From: an uncultured Methanomicrobiaceae archaeon
Lineage (GTDB): Archaea; Halobacteriota; Methanomicrobia; Methanomicrobiales; Methanoculleaceae
Reading direction: 5' to 3'
DNA length: 64,000 nt
NCBI GenBank assembly: GCA_963826525.1
Contig: CAWGXH010000004.1
Location: 1,248,001-1,312,000, forward strand
How positions within the stretch are numbered: the stretch's first letter is position 1; the number at the start of each line of letters is the position of its first letter. Below the pieces are notes generated by a model, which saw only the letters and a program-made list of their open reading frames with translations, was not told where the DNA came from and did not search any database. A program made the translations under genes and the position numbers. Shown piece by piece: positions 35,628 through 45,500 of this stretch.

Positions 35628-35776
35628 AGAATGGTTCCTCCTGTTCTGATCCGCGGTCACTCATGGCCACGGGTGACCCCCTGTTTCGGTGCGGGTATTA
35701 ATACCTTGTGGGGTGGCGGAACCCTGTACAAGCCTGATAATCGAAGTGAAGCCTGATTCGGCATTCGTCCCCGTTA

Positions 35777-35959
35777 CTATTCCTGCCAGCCGTACGCGTA
35801 GACGACAGAGTGGAAGGGTCGGAAAGGCGAGCCCGGGTCAGGCCGCCGGTGGACATATCGCCACCGCGGCTTCTTAACGGAGAGAGGGACGATCGCTGCT
35901 GATGATCTGCGAGGATGCCCCGGTGCGAAAGAAGCTCCTGTTCTGTAGGATTCACTCAT
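35777..35959 (-). CDS. 60-aa basic hypothetical protein directly downstream of the nitrogenase-like K subunit
   Basis: ATG 12 bp after the upstream stop. MSESYRTGASF...VKKPRWRYVHRRPDPGSPFRPFHSVVYAYGWQE. Confidence 0.5.
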   Translation of the reverse strand: MSESYRTGASFAPGHPRRSSAAIVPLSVKKPRWRYVHRRPDPGSPFRPFHSVVYAYGWQE

Positions 35960-35970
35960 CCGGGTGCGGG

Positions 35971-37116
35971 CTATGCTCTTCGCCGCTGCCCGTCCATACA
36001 GGCGTTCAGTACCTCGTCGAGGAACTCGAGCGTTCCCTCGACACCGGCGAGCGCCCGGGCGCGAAGGTGCACCCGCCCCCGCACCGGCGGTGTCAGGGGG
36101 ACGAAGGGAGTCTTCGGGATGACGCTCTGTTCGTAGGACGAACCGATGACGAGATCGGGCTCGCATGCCCTGAGCAGATCCGCTATCCGGGTGAAGTCGA
36201 CCGTCTCCTCGACCCGGAAGCGGGAGGGGGGGGCGTGGTTTCGGGAGCAGATGCAGGCTATCTCGGCGTCGAGATGCTGCTCGAGCGTCTCCGCGACGAA
36301 GACTGCATATGCCCCTCCTCCGAAGACTGCCGCCCGGGGAGGCTCGAAACGGCGCAGGTACTTGTCGCATGCCTTCGCGATCCGCGCCTCGGCGGAGGCG
36401 ATCTCCCGGTAGACCGGTGCGGGGTCGATAGTGTCACGGGTGTTCGCGAGTCTCTCGAATGTCTCCGCCACTGCATCGAGGCCGAGGAGGGAGCCGCACC
36501 ACTCTCCGACGCCGCTCGCGAGGTCGGGATTCGTGCCGACCGTGAACGGAGCCGCCCTATACGCCGCATCGAACCGGTCGCAAGCGAAGGTCGTGCCGAT
36601 GCCCGCGCCTGCCGCCGTGAGCAGGCGCCGGGCTTCCAGCATGTTCCCCCGGTGCAACGGATCGATAAGGCTGATCCCGTCGATGTTGATGCCCGGCATC
36701 TCGTCGTCGACCGCCGGCTGTATCCGTTCCAGCGCCGCGTGGTACCCGGCCTCGAGCGTGCCGAGGAATCCCGGACTGTCGACGAGGAGCAGGTCGTGAT
36801 CGTCGACCACACCGGCGAGGTCCTCCCCCATAATCGCGGGCACGCAGGTGGTGACAACGGCGATATGATCGTACCGTCCGGCAACCTCGCCGATCACCTC
36901 GCCGAGCCGCTCTTCCGTCCCGAAGATGATCTCGTTCTCGACGAGAAACGTCCCGTGGATGGGGGCGGCGACGAGGGAGGCCGGGTAGAAGTAGCAGCCG
37001 CTCGAACCGTGGACGATGACGGCGAGATCTTCGAACCCGGCGAGACACGCGACCGCTCCGGTCATGGCGCAAGGCCAGAGCGGGTTTGAGCAGTCCTGCT
37101 GTGCGGGTGGGTGCAT
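35971..37116 (-). CDS. nitrogenase component-1-like oxidoreductase (K/B-like subunit)
   Basis: WPCAMTGA, VHGSSGC, ENEIIFG, TTCVPAIMGED, DSPGFLG. Confidence 0.85.
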   Translation of the reverse strand: MHPPAQQDCSNPLWPCAMTGAVACLAGFEDLAVIVHGSSGCYFYPASLVAAPIHGTFLVENEIIFGTEERLGEVIGEVAGRYDHIAVVTTCVPAIMGEDLAGVVDDHDLLLVDSPGFLGTLEAGYHAALERIQPAVDDEMPGINIDGISLIDPLHRGNMLEARRLLTAAGAGIGTTFACDRFDAAYRAAPFTVGTNPDLASGVGEWCGSLLGLDAVAETFERLANTRDTIDPAPVYREIASAEARIAKACDKYLRRFEPPRAAVFGGGAYAVFVAETLEQHLDAEIACICSRNHAPPSRFRVEETVDFTRIADLLRACEPDLVIGSSYEQSVIPKTPFVPLTPPVRGRVHLRARALAGVEGTLEFLDEVLNACMDGQRRRA

Positions 37117-37215
37117 GGTCTGGCAAGATCATCGATGCGGCGGGATAAAAGGGTGGCGCAGGGGCGGGCACTTCGCCGCAGCCGATGTGAATTACGGGGT
37201 ATTCTCTTTTTATTC

Positions 37216-38503
37216 GTGAATATATGCTGTATTAAGGCTCAGAATTGTACTCTGCTCCTAGTCGCGCTCCTGCTTCTCGCGGGAGGGTTCGTCTCTTCCG
37301 CGTCTGCTGCCGGGACCGCCGACGTGACGATCGTCTCCTCTCCCGGTGGTGCCTCCGTCACGGTAGACGGCTCCTATGTCGGCATGACCTCGCGGGGTCG
37401 ACCCTTCCATTCTCCGTCACCGTGAACGCAGGAGCCCATACTGTGGCCGTAGCACTCACCGGGTACCAGCCCTCGGTTACCACCATCCAGGCGAAGCCGG
37501 GCGAGCTGCGGACGCTCTCGATGATCCTCGCCTCCTCCCCGGCGTCGGGTGCGGCATACGTCGCCTCGACGCCCGGGAGCGCGATGGCGTCGCTTGACGG
37601 CGGCGAGACACGGGCGACTCCCGCGAACTTCACCGTCGTGGCGCCCGGAACGCACTCGGTGAAGATCACGAAACCGGGTTTCGTTCCCTGGTCGAAGACG
37701 GTGACCGCCAATGCAATCCTGAACCCGGCGCCGGATACGGGAACGCTCTCGGTCATGTCAAACCCGTCCGGTGCCGATATCTATCTTGACGGGACGTACC
37801 TGGTTTATTCCCCGATCACCCTCGGGAACGTCGTCCAGGGCGGACACGAGCTCCGCCTGCAGCTCGCCGGGTACCAGACCTGGACGGGGACGGCATCGGT
37901 TGGAGGCGGGAAGACCGCTGCGGTGAGCGCAGTCCTCATCCCGACACCTGCCGGGACGTAGGTGACATCGCCGTGACGTCCACGCCCGCGGGAGCGGCGA
38001 TATATCTCGACAACACCTACCGGGGCACGACTGCCGCCGGGAACCCGATTGATATCACCGGGGTCTCTCCCGGTACGCACGCTGTCACGCTGACGCGTGC
38101 CCGGTATGCCGATTACGTCACCGGCGTTTCCGTCGCCCCGGGACAGACGGTGCGCATAGCCGCGGTGATGATGCCCGGTGCAGGCCCGGGTGAGAAAGGC
38201 TTGGTCGCGGTCTCTTCAAAACCCTCCAGTGCAGACATCTATCTCGACAACCAGTATCTCGGGATCACGCCGCTTACGCAGGCCGGCGTCGCGCCGGGTC
38301 AGCATGCGCTGCTTATGAAGGTGAACGGCTATACGGACTGGTCGGGAGATGTCCAGGTGGCGGCAGGGAAGACCACTGAGGTCACGGCAGGCATGATGGC
38401 GAAGCAGAGCGCGCCGGAGGCAGGGAGTGCTCCTGTCCTGCTGCCGGGTGCGCTCATGCTTGCCGCGGTGCTGTACCTCGCGTGCAGGATGAAACGAGAA
38501 TAA
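37216..38503 (+). CDS. PEGA-repeat cell-surface protein (frameshifts near 37395 and 37960)
   Basis: Signal peptide, about 5 S-x-P-x-G-A-x-I-Y-L-D repeats, C-terminal TM with basic tail. Confidence 0.85.
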
Positions 38504-38530
38504 CTCCCCCCATTTTCTCTGACGGATGGT

Positions 38531-38986
38531 TTAGCGTTTCACGACCATGACCGGCTGATGAGCATTTTTGACGACATACTCGGAGACGGTGCCGAGCAGC
38601 CGGTCGCGGATGTTGCTCCTGCCGTGCGATCCTATGACGATGAGGGAGACGTTCTCCTCGTCAGCCGCTTTGACAATCGCCTTTCCCGGCTCGTCGATGG
38701 GTGTCCGGACATGCACTGCGAACCCCTCCCGCTCGAGCTGCCGGCGTGTGTCGATGATGTTGTTCTGGATATCCTCCCGTAACCGTCGCTGAACCTCGGT
38801 CTCGACGTCCGGCACCGAGCCGAGGAAACCCGCTCCACCCGATGCGATCAGGGTGATATCCTTCTGGTCGATGACATGCACCATCACGACTTCGAGGGTG
38901 CCGGCGGCCTTCAGATCCCGGATATAGTCCATTGCTTTCAATGAGGGCTCGGAGAAGTCGGTGGGGAACAAAATGCGCTGAAACAC
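38531..38986 (-). CDS. universal stress protein
   Basis: ILFPTDFS, LIVIGSHGRS, LLGTVSEYVV. Confidence 0.93.
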   Translation of the reverse strand: MFQRILFPTDFSEPSLKAMDYIRDLKAAGTLEVVMVHVIDQKDITLIASGGAGFLGSVPDVETEVQRRLREDIQNNIIDTRRQLEREGFAVHVRTPIDEPGKAIVKAADEENVSLIVIGSHGRSNIRDRLLGTVSEYVVKNAHQPVMVVKR

Positions 38987-39069
38987 GGTTGGATCCTCCT
39001 CTGTGGATAACCAAACCTTTGTTCATCCTGTATATAAGAGTACGGTCGGGCCAGGCCGGGAACCGGCCT

Positions 39070-40143
39070 TTATCGGTGGCCGCCTGAACGGATTGCCCGT
39101 TGCCAGCGGTGCAGCATCCGGTGGATGCCTGCGGTTCCGACAGGAGCCGGGTAGGGGGCAGGGAGCGGTATCCCATCCTGCGTGAGGCGGAGATCGAGCG
39201 TTTCTACTAGTTCTGCGACGATCCCGCGCCCTTCCCCATCCTCTTCGAGCATTGGGGAGAACCGGTCGAACCTGATACGGGTTCCGGCGAGATCGGCGAA
39301 CTCTGCCAGAATCTCCTTCTGGTATGCAGCCTCCTCATGCACCGGATCACGGGAGTCCTGTCCGGTAAGTCTGCCCACCTCTTCGAGGAACCGGCGGGTT
39401 CCGGCGAGACCCGCCGGAAACGATTCGACGAAGGGTGTTCCGTGTCGGTGCATAAGTTCCTCCCCGACCGGCCGGAGAGCCGGTTCGCGGAGGATGTTGA
39501 GCGATCCCGCACCAAGCCGGGCGACATCGCGCGTAGCGATATCCCGGACGAACCGGAGGTTCACCGGAAGGTCGAAGTATGCAAGCAGACGCACCATCTC
39601 GGCGTAGTTTTCGTCGACATCCGATTCGAGGTTCTTTTCCCCGATGAGCGTCACCCCGGCGTCCTGTTGTGAGCAGGGTCCGGCAAGAGTCGCGGCGGCG
39701 AGCAGTGCATTCGAAACCCCCGTCTGGAAGATGCCGCCGAGGAATCCGGCCGTCCGGATGGGAACGACCGGCAGATCCCACTCGCGCGTGCAGACGCCGT
39801 AGACGTCGTCGCCGATGGTATCGACGATACAGGTGGAGAGGACGAAGAGCGACGCCGGGGATGGCAGAACCTCGTGAGCACGGCCGATGCACCGTTCAAG
39901 CGCATCTTCACCGCCGAAGATGATCTCGTTCTCGGAAAGCCCGGTCGAGAGGAGACGTGGGACGGCAACCGTATCGTTTCCGAGCAGCGTTGCATGGAGG
40001 AGGGAAAAATTGTGGTGGGTGCATCCGGCAGGGCCGTGGATGATGCAGACCGCGTCGCGTATCTCTGTCACCACGGCGAGAGCGCCGGTCAGGGTGCATC
40101 CCTCAAACCTGGACACATTCGAGGGCAAAGGCTTCGAGTTCAT
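39070..40143 (-). CDS. nitrogenase component-1-like oxidoreductase (D/N-like subunit)
   Basis: [40 protein letters not shown]. Overlaps the end of the nifH-like gene. Confidence 0.85.
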   Translation of the reverse strand: MNSKPLPSNVSRFEGCTLTGALAVVTEIRDAVCIIHGPAGCTHHNFSLLHATLLGNDTVAVPRLLSTGLSENEIIFGGEDALERCIGRAHEVLPSPASLFVLSTCIVDTIGDDVYGVCTREWDLPVVPIRTAGFLGGIFQTGVSNALLAAATLAGPCSQQDAGVTLIGEKNLESDVDENYAEMVRLLAYFDLPVNLRFVRDIATRDVARLGAGSLNILREPALRPVGEELMHRHGTPFVESFPAGLAGTRRFLEEVGRLTGQDSRDPVHEEAAYQKEILAEFADLAGTRIRFDRFSPMLEEDGEGRGIVAELVETLDLRLTQDGIPLPAPYPAPVGTAGIHRMLHRWQRAIRSGGHR

Positions 40144-40921
40144 CCATGTCGAAGGGAGTCGGAATGCTCGTCTGGGTGTTCTTGTAGATATCGTCGGCCA
40201 GCTGCCGGTAGACCTCTGCCTGGCCGGAATCCGGAGCATACTCGATGACCGTCTGCCTGTTCAGCTCGGCGAGCTGGACGATGCGGTCGCGCGGTATATA
40301 CGCTATCAGGGATGAGTTGATACGCCGGGCGAACTCCTCCACGAGGTCACGTTCCCCTTCGATGTTCTTCGCGTTGCAGATGACGCCGCCGAGCCTGCAG
40401 CCGTTTCTGACCCTCTTCGAGAGGCGGGCGATCGCTTTTGCGATGTTGTTTGCAGCGTAGATCGACATCAGCTCGCCGGAGGTGACGAGGTATACCTCCT
40501 CGGCGTAATTCTCCCGCATCGGCATGGCGAAACCGCCGCAGACGACGTCGCCGAGGACGTCATAGACGATCACGTCGCCGTTAAGAGCGCCGAGCCGTTC
40601 CAGAAGCTGGAAGGTTGCGATGATTCCACGTCCGGCACACCCGATCCCCGGTTCCGGACCCCCTGCCTCCACGCAGCGCACACCCGAGAAACCGGGATGG
40701 ACGACGTCGTCCACGGTGAGGTTTGCATCTCCCCGCTCACGGATAAGGTCGAGCACGGTCGGGATCCAGGTCCCGTGCATCAGCATCCTGGTGCTGTCGT
40801 GCTTCGGATCACAGCCGATCTGCAGGATCTCAAGGCCGCTTCTTGCCAGTGCTGCCGAAAGGTTAGCCGACGTCGTGGATTTGCCGATTCCACCTTTCCC
40901 GTAGAGGGCGATCTGTTTCAT
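40103..40921 (-). CDS. NifH-like (nitrogenase iron protein family) ATPase/reductase
   Basis: [46 protein letters not shown]. Confidence 0.95.
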   Translation of the reverse strand: MKQIALYGKGGIGKSTTSANLSAALARSGLEILQIGCDPKHDSTRMLMHGTWIPTVLDLIRERGDANLTVDDVVHPGFSGVRCVEAGGPEPGIGCAGRGIIATFQLLERLGALNGDVIVYDVLGDVVCGGFAMPMRENYAEEVYLVTSGELMSIYAANNIAKAIARLSKRVRNGCRLGGVICNAKNIEGERDLVEEFARRINSSLIAYIPRDRIVQLAELNRQTVIEYAPDSGQAEVYRQLADDIYKNTQTSIPTPFDMDELEAFALECVQV

Positions 40922-41358
40922 CCTAGAACCTACCTTACGTTAGGCACGCTGTCCTCAAATAATTAATCTGGATTTTCGTAAAGACAAGTGGATGTGCGGG
41001 ACACCGGGTATACGGCATCTCCCGCCTTCCATTCCCCGGCGGGTGCCTATCAGGCGCCGCATGCTCGATCTCCGGGCGGTGCGGTTCCCGGCGGCTACCC
41101 GGGAACGGCGGGTCGGAGACGTTAGCCCGAGACCATCTCGCGCTTCTGCCGGTGCCGCGGAGCCGGCCGTCAAAACACATCTTCTCAAATAAATAGTTTT
41201 GTCCTTTCTTAAATCCGGTCAGATGAACTCTTTTAGAGGATATGTCACGATGAGGATTCAGTTTAATATTCTGAGTCTTATAAATTGTTATTTATTATCC
41301 AGAAGGTATATAATTGGCGAGTTGAAAACCTACGTACACCACAGGGGAGCTGACGTAT

Positions 41359-41988
41359 ATGGACCCACACTACCGTTCACGACTGATTGCCGTTGTCATC
41401 GCCATGATCGTTATCTGTTCGGCTTTTTCGGTCAGCCCGGTAGCTGGATTCCGACTGGAGAACAGGGATGGAAACGGCACCGGTGCAATACTTGCCGAAT
41501 CGCTGGTAATGCAGGAGAGCACCAAGCTTGAGGAAGAGTTTCTGGAAAACGTGACCGTCTACATCGACAGCCGGAGCGACAAGTTCGAGCCGTACCGAAA
41601 CTCCTCGCTCGAGGTTTTTGTGAACGGTGTCTATAGCCTTGAGGAGGATGCGATCTACCTGCGATCGGATCTGAATCCCGAGAGTGCGGACGAGACGCTC
41701 GTCCAGCAGATCGGATACCGGATCTACTACCGGAAGGGGCTTGAGAAGAGCGATCTTCTGCGGTCGCTCACACCGGCTCCCGGGTCTTACCTGAGCCGAA
41801 TCAGCACCCTGCCGGGCGAGGTCACCGGTGCGACCGTCTTTGCAAATGCCTTCATGCTCTACTACACATCCCCCGAGCTGCTCGAGACGGACAACCCCGG
41901 GCTCTACACCTATATCGACCTGCTCGTCGAGACAGGAGGGGATGCAGCGGTCGTCGACGACCTGTACCGCACCTCCGAGCCGGCGTGA
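41359..41988 (+). CDS. secreted protein with a degenerate lethal-factor-like zincin fold (predicted inactive)
   Basis: Signal peptide, then GVY...AIYL...LVQQIGY (HExxH position), TVFANAF, NPGLYTYID. Confidence 0.6.
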   Translation: MDPHYRSRLIAVVIAMIVICSAFSVSPVAGFRLENRDGNGTGAILAESLVMQESTKLEEEFLENVTVYIDSRSDKFEPYRNSSLEVFVNGVYSLEEDAIYLRSDLNPESADETLVQQIGYRIYYRKGLEKSDLLRSLTPAPGSYLSRISTLPGEVTGATVFANAFMLYYTSPELLETDNPGLYTYIDLLVETGGDAAVVDDLYRTSEPA

Positions 41989-42004
41989 TCCGGCTTTTCT
42001 CACG

Positions 42005-42013
42005 TTTTTTTTT
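42005..42013 (+). terminator. archaeal oligo-T terminator
   Basis: Run of T shortly after the 41988 stop. Confidence 0.45.
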
Positions 42014-42579
42014 AGGCTCATTTCAGGGCGCTTCCCTTTCAGTCTTTTCGATCCGGACTCTTCAAACCCGCAGGGAAATCGATTTACGTACGATGATATG
42101 ATCCTGCGTTCCGGCGCAATGAACGCCGGGATGAACTGATGGGCTTCAACCCTGCATGGCGAGCGTTTTTCCGGCCGGAGCCGGTGATCAATGCCTCACC
42201 GGGTTCGTTTCGCGTCTCGATGCAGATTTCCGCTGGTAGGTCTACTGCGCTCCGGTGAGATGTGCGTGACTGTCCCCTGTTCCGGGAAGAATATTCGGCT
42301 TCATGATACGTGACGGCACGGGTGCTGGATTTTTCCATACGCTGATTTTTTCCAGCGCGATTGAGATATATGCTCGACCGTTCAAGGTTTCTCAAGGGCC
42401 TGATTGCCATGCGAGAGTTTGTGGTACTTCGGATGTGCGATTAATTCAGGGAAAAGCGAGTGCTGTTCATCCCACCCTGATAAGCCGGATGAGCATACTA
42501 TAGCTCGAAGGCAGATGTGTTTGCATTCTTCAACTTAAGAGTCTGCTCGTTTTTGCCTTCGGTTTGAAGGTGATTACCA

Positions 42580-45500
42580 ATGAGCACGAAACGTATAGAG
42601 AGAGTCATTCCTCTTCTCATGGCGGTGCTGATGATAACCACGGCGTTCATCCCCGCGGTGAGCGCTATGGCACCGCAGGCAACTGCATCGAGTATGGATG
42701 CCGGGGGGATACTCGGTGCCTGACATAACCCCTTCTGCCGCAGAGATGTCCGGAGCGGCATCCGGGACGGTATCGAACGGTCAAAGCGTTGCAAAAAATA
42801 AGAAGAACCAGTCGTCGTGGTCGGCAGAGAACTGGGCACAACCCATGTCTGGGACGAACGCCACCGGCTATGCCCCTTCGGGGATTGAGTCTGCCGCAGA
42901 ACCGGGTATAGATTCTCTAGGCGGCAGGAGTTGAACGCGTGGTCACCGGTTCCGGCAAGACCAAGATCAAGGTTCACGATCCGGAGACCAGAACCATCGG
43001 GATTCAGGACGAGAGCAGGTCTGGCGGCAACGGCGGCGACGATGAACTCGAGATCAGGCTGCTGAACGCCACCCCTGACCTCGGCACCTTCACGGAGATA
43101 TTCGAGGTAACCGCACACCGCATGATCGCACTCGACGAATCGGAAGACTTCCTGGCCACGAGAGCGCTCCATAACGGGAACGAGAACGTCACACGGGCTA
43201 CCAGTGGTTCGTCTGAGAGAACAGATCGCATACCGTCGAGATTCACATCATCGAATAACGAAATGTTACCCTGCGGCATACCGCTCTCCTGAGAATGAAC
43301 CCGAGGACGTCGATCCTGACGACACCTTCGGAGATATTACCCTCGCAGAGCGGCGACTCACAAGGCAAAGCCGGGCTGAAAGTACCTATGAAGAGATCTT
43401 AATGAAGGATAAAACTCTTGAGAGCGGTGTTCACGAGGAGATCGTCCCCGAGAGCGCTCCCCACCAGAACAGCACCCCGGAAAACAGCACTTCTGAGAAC
43501 GTTCCCATCGAAGACGTCATCCCTGACATCGATATCTCCGGAAACACCACTCCTGATGAGACAACTTCCAAAACCGTCACAATCAGAGAGCCCTATATCG
43601 CCGGCACCGAGACCAGGGAGGAATCCTGGCCGGAGTGGGTGGCGTTCGACCCGGCAGGGCGGACGGCTCAATGTCGGTGAGACCTATCAGTTCAAGGTAA
43701 TCTACAAAGAATACGCCGAGATAGGACAGTTCGATATCAAGACGGCGCCGGTCATCGAGGCGTCGCATGCCCGGAGATGACCTGGTGGACTACCGCCTGG
43801 GCATACTGGGTGCCGATCACGATCATCAGCCCGCCCTCAATCGATGGCTACTCGCACTGTGAGAACGTCTCATTCCGCGACGGGATGCAGAGCGACTTCG
43901 ATGACGTCCGGTTCGCAACCGACGACGGCACCGTCCTCGACTACTGGAAAGAGTCCTATACGGCATCCGGTTCGGCGGCCATCTGGGTCGGCCTTCCCGC
44001 CGGTACGACCTCGATCTGGATGTACTACGGGAACGCGAGCTGCCACCGATATCGGCGACATGAACAGTGTCTTCACCCTCTACGATGGCTTCGACGGGCC
44101 GTCTCTCGACACCACTCTGTGGCATGAATCGCCTTATCCTGGGGTGAATTACTTCTCCAAAGGCTGGATATACAATGCCCAGTCTCATAATGCACTACGA
44201 ACTAGAATACTCGGAATAGTGTGATTCACGAGCGGCGAACCGCTGATCGTGGCGATGCACATCCATGTCGATAGTCTGCCTCGGTCTCCCACCATCAGCT
44301 GTGGGTGTTTCCCCTATTCCTTGGCGGCATTTACAACGGCATGTCTTGGTGCTGGGAGGGGCCGTACAGACCGGCGTGTCCGCGTGAATGGTGTGTCATC
44401 ATGGCGACCGGGAACATCAGCGTGGTCTCGAGGTTGGGGGTGACTACTACAGCACTTGGATCATCACTCCCTCCACTCAAACTCACACTGTCAGCGGAAG
44501 CGCCACATACACCGATGTTTTCGCTGGCACTACCGGGATATCAAACCATCAAATGTTCCTCCTAGGCGGTGACAACTACATTCCCGGTCGAGTAATACGG
44601 ATGGACTGGGTCAGGGTCCGGAAATACGTCGAGACCGAACCGGTGTTCACGTATGGAACACCGCAGGAATCACCCGTCGTGACGACGATCTCTGTCACTC
44701 CGTCGGATGTGGATCTAGCGGTGGGCGAGACCTGTCAGTTCACTGCTACTGCTTATGACGATGCTGGTAACGTGGTGGACATCACCTTCACCTGGGAGAG
44801 CAGCAACGAGACGGTCGGCACCGTGACCGAAGACGGTGTCTTTTCAGCAAATTACGACGGGACAACCGAAATATCTGCATCTGCAGGTTCGATAACCGTA
44901 ACCGCGCAGGTGACCGTCATCCCTGTCAGTGACGTACGGATCGGCATGGAACTGCTCTGCCGACGGCTGGTATCAGGCTGGTCGTCTACCGCATCGTGGA
45001 CATGCCCTAACGGCGCCTGCGCCGAATATGGCCCCGTCATGGTCGACGGTCACGGAGAACACGGTGCGGACGTCCATCTCTCGGCGGGTGCGGTGATAGC
45101 AAGTGTCGAGCACAACTTTACTGATCCCTCCGGTGTCGGGTGGGACGGCTTGGCGCTCGTCGCGCGCGTGGGGGGAAGCAGCGTCCCCTCCGGGCGGTGG
45201 ATGACCATCGAGGTGAACGGCGAGCTTGTTTACTCGGAGTCCGGTTTCTCCAGCCTCCGATCCTGACAATGCGATCCCCAGGATGTTCCAGGCCGACTTC
45301 CCGCAATCCGACACCGTGCGGATAAGATATCTCCCATGGGCAGAACCCGATGTGGAGCACTCACGTCCCGATGGACTACTATTCGCTCGAATTGCATCCG
45401 TCTACTCCCCCCATCGCCATCACCTCTCCGCGTGACGATACGGTGCCGTCCGGCGAGAACGTCACCGTGGCCGGGAACGTCTCCGATACGAGCATTACCA

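Noticed and set aside
37955-37975. TAG inside the PEGA gene as possible pyrrolysine readthrough
   Set aside because: The downstream coding sequence is in a different frame, so this is an indel and not an in-frame amber codon.
39070-40921. Calling these genes nifHD (nitrogen fixation) or cfbCD (F430 synthesis)
   Set aside because: The subunits are too short, there is no nifEN or nifI, and I found no GGAA-N6-TTCC NrpR box upstream. There are two distinct component-1 genes and the CfbD N-terminal motif is absent.
40935-41190. GC-rich hairpins (GTTCCCGG...CCGGGAAC) upstream of the nifH-like gene as a riboswitch or ncRNA
   Set aside because: No recognisable riboswitch consensus, and short stems are expected at this GC content.
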